Source of the DNA: Thermoplasmatota archaeon
GTDB taxonomy: Archaea > Thermoplasmatota > Thermoplasmata > SG8-5 > JACRNV01
Direction of reading: 5' to 3'
DNA: 36,582 bases
Assembly (NCBI GenBank): GCA_040753455.1
Contig: JBFMEL010000003.1
Location: 1 to 36,582 of the forward strand
Part shown: piece after piece, positions 31,368 through 36,582 of the stretch
Position numbering within the stretch: the stretch's first letter is position 1
Layout of the letters: the number at the start of each line of letters is the position of its first letter
The notes under the pieces: generated by a model
Told to the model about the DNA's origin: nothing
Databases searched by the model: none
What the model saw: the letters and a program-made list of their open reading frames with translations, nothing else
Translations under genes and position numbers: made by a program

Positions 31368-33160
31368 GGATGGTCAGGGTGGGGAATGCCGTGCCTGATG
31401 TTCCAACTATACTGGTGTGCCAGGGGGCGAGCGGGCTCTCCGCGGGTGCGCTGGGGATCATGGATGCGTTCGAGGAGGAGCTGAAAAAGCACTCCTCCCA
31501 TCCCTCGCTGTCCAGGGGTTACAGGGTGAAGCGCGTGGGGGACAGAGGGCTCTTCATCGACCCTCTGGTGGACGTGCTGATGCCCGACGGCTCGCGCACC
31601 ACATACGCGCGCCTGACCCTTACCGATGTACCGAAGATCGTGGAGCAGCACATCTTTGGCGGCAGGGTGGTGGAGGAGTGCCTGGCAGGTGAGGATTACA
31701 CGAGGTTCTTCGAGGGGCAGCAGAGGATAGTGCTCAGGCACTGCGGCGAGATCGACCCTGAAGACATAAACGACTACGTGGCGCATGGCGGCTTCACTGC
31801 CCTGCGCAGGGCGCTGTCCATGACACCGGAGCAGGTCATAGACCTGGTGAAGGCTTCTGGGCTCAGGGGCAGGGGGGGCGCAGGGTTCCCCACAGGGCTC
31901 AAGTGGGGGTATGCCAGGGCTGCGAAGGGCACTGAGAAATACGTGATATGCAATGCGGATGAGGGCGATCCTGGTGCGTTCATGGACCGCTCGCTGCTCG
32001 AGGGCGATCCCATGGCTGTGATCGAGGGGATGATCATCGCTGCCCATGCGATAGGCGCGGGCAAGGGTTTTGTCTACTGCCGCGCAGAATACCCGCTGGC
32101 TGTGGAGCGCGTCACCAAAGCGATAGAGAATGCGGAGAACGCGGGCTACCTGGGCAAGAAGATATTGGGGACCGGGCACTCCTTCGAGATCGCGCTCAAG
32201 GAGGGTGCGGGGGCGTTCGTCTGCGGGGAGGAGACTGCGCTCATCGCCTCGATCGAAGGAAGGCGGGGCGAGCCGAGACCCAGACCTCCTTTCCCTGCGG
32301 AGAGCGGGCTGTGGGGCAAGCCAACCATAATCAACAATGTGGAAACGCTGGCTACCATCCCCCTCATCATAGACAACGGTGCTGAGTGGTTCAGCGCCAT
32401 GGGGACAGAGCACAGCAAGGGCACAAAGGTCTTCGCGCTCGCCGGACGGGTGAAGCGCACAGGGCTTGTGGAGGTGCCGATGGGCACGAGCCTGCGCCAG
32501 GTGATCTTCGGACCCGGGGGCGGGATGGCAAGGAAGGGTCGTGGGCTCAAGGCTGTGCAGATCGGCGGACCCTCTGGTGGCTGCCTGCCAGCCAGCGCCT
32601 TAGACACCCCGATAGACTATGAAACGATCACAGCCACAGGTGCGATCATGGGCTCGGGCGGCATGGTGGTCATGGACGAGGGCACATGCATGGTGGACAT
32701 CGCGCGCTACTTCCTCAGCTTCACTGTCAAGGAATCCTGCGGCAAGTGCGTCCCATGCAGGATGGGGCTGAAGCAGATGCTGGATATTCTAAACAGGATC
32801 GCAAAGGGCGAGGGCTCGCGCGCAGACCTCGAAAGACTGGAGCGCATTGCAAAGGTGGTGAAGGAGACAGCCCTCTGCGGTCTGGGACAGACAGCCCCGA
32901 ACCCTGTGCTCACCACCCTGCGCTACTTCAGGGACGAGTATGAAGCGCATATCACGGGCAGATGCCACGCAGCAGTCTGCACTGCACTGACCAGGTTCGA
33001 GGTGGATCCTGACAGATGCAAGATGTGCGGCAGGTGCAGCACCGCCTGCCCAGTGGACGCTGTGTCCTGGGCTCCTCGCACCCTCCCCACCATCGATAAA
33101 AAGAAATGCATACGATGTCGCGCATGCATCGAGGCATGCGAATATACGGCGATAAGGTGA
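31364..33160 (+). CDS. NuoF/HydB/BamH-like FMN-NADH subunit with C-terminal 2x[4Fe-4S]
   Basis: GLRGRGGAGFPTG, NADEGDPGAFMDR, GEETAL, GGPSGG, ESCGKCVPCR, CKMCGRC...CP and CIRCRAC...C motifs. Confidence 0.93.
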   Translation: MRMVRVGNAVPDVPTILVCQGASGLSAGALGIMDAFEEELKKHSSHPSLSRGYRVKRVGDRGLFIDPLVDVLMPDGSRTTYARLTLTDVPKIVEQHIFGGRVVEECLAGEDYTRFFEGQQRIVLRHCGEIDPEDINDYVAHGGFTALRRALSMTPEQVIDLVKASGLRGRGGAGFPTGLKWGYARAAKGTEKYVICNADEGDPGAFMDRSLLEGDPMAVIEGMIIAAHAIGAGKGFVYCRAEYPLAVERVTKAIENAENAGYLGKKILGTGHSFEIALKEGAGAFVCGEETALIASIEGRRGEPRPRPPFPAESGLWGKPTIINNVETLATIPLIIDNGAEWFSAMGTEHSKGTKVFALAGRVKRTGLVEVPMGTSLRQVIFGPGGGMARKGRGLKAVQIGGPSGGCLPASALDTPIDYETITATGAIMGSGGMVVMDEGTCMVDIARYFLSFTVKESCGKCVPCRMGLKQMLDILNRIAKGEGSRADLERLERIAKVVKETALCGLGQTAPNPVLTTLRYFRDEYEAHITGRCHAAVCTALTRFEVDPDRCKMCGRCSTACPVDAVSWAPRTLPTIDKKKCIRCRACIEACEYTAIR

Positions 33161-33164
33161 GAAC

Positions 33165-35417
33165 ATGGTCGTCCTGAGGATCGATGGTCGCGATATCTCT
33201 GCCCACACAGGGATGACCGTGATGGAGGCTGCCCACGCGGCAGGGATATACATCCCAGGGCTGTGCAGCCATCCTGCCCTTCCGCCTTCGGGTGCCTGCA
33301 GGCTCTGCATCGTAAGGATCGAGGGAGTGAAAGGCTTGCCCACCGCATGCACCACCCCTGTGAGAGAAGGGATGGTGGTGACCACGAAGGATGAAGGACT
33401 GCAGCAGATGCGCAGGGAGATCCTCAGCCTCCTGATGGCAGACCATCCACATGCATGCCTGGGCTGTGCCCAGAGAGAGGGCTGCACCAGGGAGCCGTGC
33501 TCCACGAACGTGGCTCCGGAGGAGCGTTGCTGTCCCAGGCTCGGCAACTGCGAGCTCCAGAAGGTCGTGGAATACGTGGGGATACGAGAGGACACACCGA
33601 AATATCTTCCAAAGGAGCGCAGGCAGGACACAGAACCTCTTCTCCACAGAGATGAACGCTTGTGCATCCTCTGCGGACGATGCGTGAGGGCATGCAGCGA
33701 TCTGAGGGGCGTTGGAGCCATAGGGTTCGTCACCAGAAGCTTCGAGCTGAGGGTTGGGACCGCGTTCTCGCGCAGCCTTGCAGATGCCGACTGCCGTTTC
33801 TGCGGCGCATGCGTCGAGGTCTGCCCCACAGGCGCCCTCACAGACAAGGATGTTGCACCAGGTCCGAAGGAGGAGGTGCTGGTGCCTTGCAGAGCCTCCT
33901 GCCCCGCAGGTGTGGACGTGCCCCTGTTCCTGCGCTTTATCGCCGAGGGCAGGCACGCAGATGCGTGCAGGGTGCTGCGGCATGCCCTTCCCTTGCCCGG
34001 CACGATCGCCTACATATGCCCGCGCCCATGCGAGGAGCGCTGCAGGCGCGGGAAGATCAACGAGCCGGTCGCCATCGGGGATATACAGGTCTTCGCCGCC
34101 GCCCATGACGACCTCTCCTGGAAAGGTGGAATGCCAGCCTCCACAGCAAAGAGGATCGCGGTCGTTGGCTCTGGACCAGCAGGGCTCAGCGGCGCTTACT
34201 TCCTGCGGCTCAGGGGATATGGGGTCACGATCTTCGAGAGAGAGGAGAAGCTGGGCGGCATGCTGAGGGCGATCCCATCCTTCAAGCTCCCGAGAGATGT
34301 GCTGGACAGGGAGATCACTATCCTCCTCGATATGGGGATCGAGGCTGTGCCGGGCGCGGAGATCGAGGATCCTGGAGACCTCATCGCCCAGGGATACGAT
34401 ACCGTGCTCTGGGCAACGGGTGCAATAGCGCAGCAGCCGAGGATCGAAGGGATGGAGCTGCCAGGGGTGGCTCGCGCCCTCGACATCCTCAGAGATCCTG
34501 GGATATCTCCAGGACAAAAGACTGCGGTCTTCGGCTCAGGCTATGAAGCGCTTGAAGCTGCAAGGCTGGTGAGGCGCACGGGCGCGGATACCGCACTCCT
34601 TGTGCCGAAGGATGAGTCCCTCATACCCCCTAAGGAGCTCAGGATGGCGCAGGAGGAGGGGATAAGGATCAGCACGGGGCTCAGCATTACCAGGATATAC
34701 CGCACGGACGGCATGCTCAGATGCATCCTCTCCAGCGGCGAGGAGACAGAAGCCCATACCCTGCTCATAGCGCAGCGGAGCACCTGTCCGGAGGTCAAGA
34801 AGGCTCAGAAGGTCTTTGCAGTGGAATGCGGTGCTGCAGGCAAGGAGACCAGCGCCGTGGAGGCTGTCGCCTCTGGGCGAAAAGCAGCAGAGGCTATCGA
34901 TAGGTTTCTAGGGGGAGATGGCACTATCCCAGCCCTTCTCTCTTCTGAGCCACAGAAACAAAATATCGGACGGATCAGAGGGTTTGCCAGCCTGAAGCGC
35001 ATGGATGCAGAGTCCCCCCCCTCCGCAAGATTGGCAGGAGCGCCCGACCTCCAGCAGATGGACGAAGAGCACTGCGCCCGTGAGGCAGCACGATGCCTAC
35101 GCTGCGATCTCAGGCTTCTGATCCCTGCGCCGCGTCTCCCGCCCGAGGCATGGCTGCCGCTGACCCTCGATGCAATAGCCTCGGTGCCGCACGCAGAAGG
35201 GGTCTATACCCTGCGCGACAATGAAGGAAAGGTGCTGAAGATCAAGGGCGCGCCTGACCTGCACGTCGCCCTCGAAGGCGAGCTGTCCTCCGCCGCATTC
35301 TTCGAGTTCGTCCTGGACAAGATGTACTCGAAAAGGGAGAGCGAGCTCCTCCAGCAGTACGTCCAAAAATACGGGCGCATGCCAGAGGGCGCGGGCGACC
35401 TCGATGAGCTGTTCTGA
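33165..35417 (+). CDS. BzdV-like multidomain Fe-S flavoprotein (NuoG-type N-terminus + GltD-like FAD domain + small C-terminal domain)
   Basis: IPGLC...GACRLC...PTAC, H...C..C, CILCGRC, CRFCGAC, PCRASCP...CPRPCEERC, VVGSGPAG, EAARCLRCD and C-terminal GVYTL...RESELLQQY motifs. Confidence 0.85.
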   Translation: MVVLRIDGRDISAHTGMTVMEAAHAAGIYIPGLCSHPALPPSGACRLCIVRIEGVKGLPTACTTPVREGMVVTTKDEGLQQMRREILSLLMADHPHACLGCAQREGCTREPCSTNVAPEERCCPRLGNCELQKVVEYVGIREDTPKYLPKERRQDTEPLLHRDERLCILCGRCVRACSDLRGVGAIGFVTRSFELRVGTAFSRSLADADCRFCGACVEVCPTGALTDKDVAPGPKEEVLVPCRASCPAGVDVPLFLRFIAEGRHADACRVLRHALPLPGTIAYICPRPCEERCRRGKINEPVAIGDIQVFAAAHDDLSWKGGMPASTAKRIAVVGSGPAGLSGAYFLRLRGYGVTIFEREEKLGGMLRAIPSFKLPRDVLDREITILLDMGIEAVPGAEIEDPGDLIAQGYDTVLWATGAIAQQPRIEGMELPGVARALDILRDPGISPGQKTAVFGSGYEALEAARLVRRTGADTALLVPKDESLIPPKELRMAQEEGIRISTGLSITRIYRTDGMLRCILSSGEETEAHTLLIAQRSTCPEVKKAQKVFAVECGAAGKETSAVEAVASGRKAAEAIDRFLGGDGTIPALLSSEPQKQNIGRIRGFASLKRMDAESPPSARLAGAPDLQQMDEEHCAREAARCLRCDLRLLIPAPRLPPEAWLPLTLDAIASVPHAEGVYTLRDNEGKVLKIKGAPDLHVALEGELSSAAFFEFVLDKMYSKRESELLQQYVQKYGRMPEGAGDLDELF

Positions 35418-35578
35418 GGCCCCCTATCGGGCATAAGTTTCATCTGCGTTAGGCTCCCCGTGCCTGCGTTGGACTTGTGATTGCTCGCCGTAACGCTTGG
35501 AGTATAATGGCTCGCAACCATGCGCTCGCCTGGCATGCGTCGTAATAGGACGATCAGCTTCGGTCAGGAATCTCTCAC

Positions 35579-36582
35579 CTATGAAAAACTTCCTCTGGAC
35601 ACCTCCATGCTCTCGTCCTTGATAAAGCTTCCCTCCTTCGGGAATTCCACCGCAGGGACGGGTTTCAAAGGGTGTCCCTGCGGCTTTTTCGCCCCCTTTG
35701 GAACCATGCATCGAAGGCTGGCTTTGTCTTCCATTCGTTCTATCTTCTCTGCGTAGAGTGGTAGATCGATGTTGTGGTACTCTGTTTTATCCCTCAGCAT
35801 ATAGTAGATGATCCGTAGGAGGTGCCGGGCTGTAGCTACACGGGCAATCATCTTGCCTCGCCGTCGCGATATGCGGTTGTATGTCTTCTTCAGCTTCGGG
35901 TTATTCTCTTTCGCTTTTATCCCTGCTTCTACTAAGATCCATCGCAGGTTTCGATTCCCCTCTTTTGTTATGTGTCCATGCCTGACAGTCTCTCCACTGT
36001 TCCGCACCGAGGGCACTAAACCTGCATAGCTTGCCAGCTCCCTGTAACTAGGAAATCGCCCGACATCTCCGATCTCGTTCACTATCACCTGGGCGCTGTA
36101 GAAATCTATCCCCGTGATCTCCATCAAACGCCTCACGTCTTCATCCCATACTGCTTGTCGCGCCATAGTGGCTTGGATCTGTTCAATCTCTTGCTCTATC
36201 GCCTCCAGCTGACGGAGGAGACTCTCCAATACCTCTCTGGTAAGCTCCGGCAGCTCTATTCTTGTCAGGAACTGGCGCCCACTCTTGCCGAACAAATCCG
36301 TGAATTCCTGTGTGACCCAGTTCGTACTCAGCAGGGCATGAACTCTGTTCTTCACTTGGGCTGCATTCTGCCCCAACCAAATCCGATGTCTTAGAAGCTC
36401 GCGCATCTCCCTGATCTGCTTTGGTGGCACGTATGCTCTCGGCAGGAAATCAGACTGGAGCAGCTTCGCCAGTATCCTGCTGTCTATCTTGTCTGTCTTG
36501 CTCTTTGACATGGCAATCGCATGAACGTCCTTGCTGTGGGCTACGGACACTGTATAACCCCATCCCTCCAAGAGATCCACGA
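35579..36582 (-). mobile_element. IS110-family transposase (5' part outside the window)
   Basis: KTDKIDS (last two Asp of DEDD), ITGI.....IVNEIGDVGRF, SYAGLVPSVRNSG (catalytic Ser), GNRNLRWILVE and VATARHL motifs. Confidence 0.93.
35650..35683. repeat. Perfect 10-bp inverted repeat near the IS110 3' end
   Basis: CCGCAGGGAC-N14-GTCCCTGCGG, followed by CTTTTT on the + strand. Confidence 0.8.

Noticed and set aside
24230-31370. Target-site duplication flanking the insert (GAAGGGGCG vs GAAGAGGGCG)
   Set aside because: The match is short, imperfect and purine-rich, so it cannot be distinguished from chance.
30737-34517. Minus-strand ORFs of 558, 404 and 521 aa
   Set aside because: They are antisense to nuoF and bzdV and have no recognisable motifs.
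31364-35417. [FeFe]-hydrogenase, formate dehydrogenase or respiratory complex I
   Set aside because: There are no H-cluster or molybdopterin domains and no membrane nuo subunits in the window.

Overview
This is an archaeal window, most consistent with Thermoplasmatota/Thermoplasmata: RpoB is unsplit and carries a Zn-finger insert, RpoA'' has an N-terminal extension, and STAND-TPR ATPases are present. Left to right it holds: a partial STAND ATPase-TPR gene; a beta-CASP ribonuclease; the rpoH-rpoB-rpoA1-rpoA2-rpl30e-nusA operon; a tRNA-Lys(UUU) carrying two non-canonical BHB introns (D-loop and T-loop); an unusual citF-ccl-HD-citF operon with no citD/citE; a NucS-N/RQC/HRDC fusion; and a DUF2080-GNAT-bzdNOPQ-bzdM-nuoE...nuoF-bzdV cluster (ATP-dependent class I benzoyl-CoA reductase plus a candidate electron-bifurcating ferredoxin-reducing module). 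That cluster is split by a ~7 kb accessory insert containing membrane proteins, a duplicated gene start, an Ig-repeat surface protein, a transposase remnant and two ATPases. The window ends inside an IS110 transposase. All calls come from motif recognition by eye; no searches were run.
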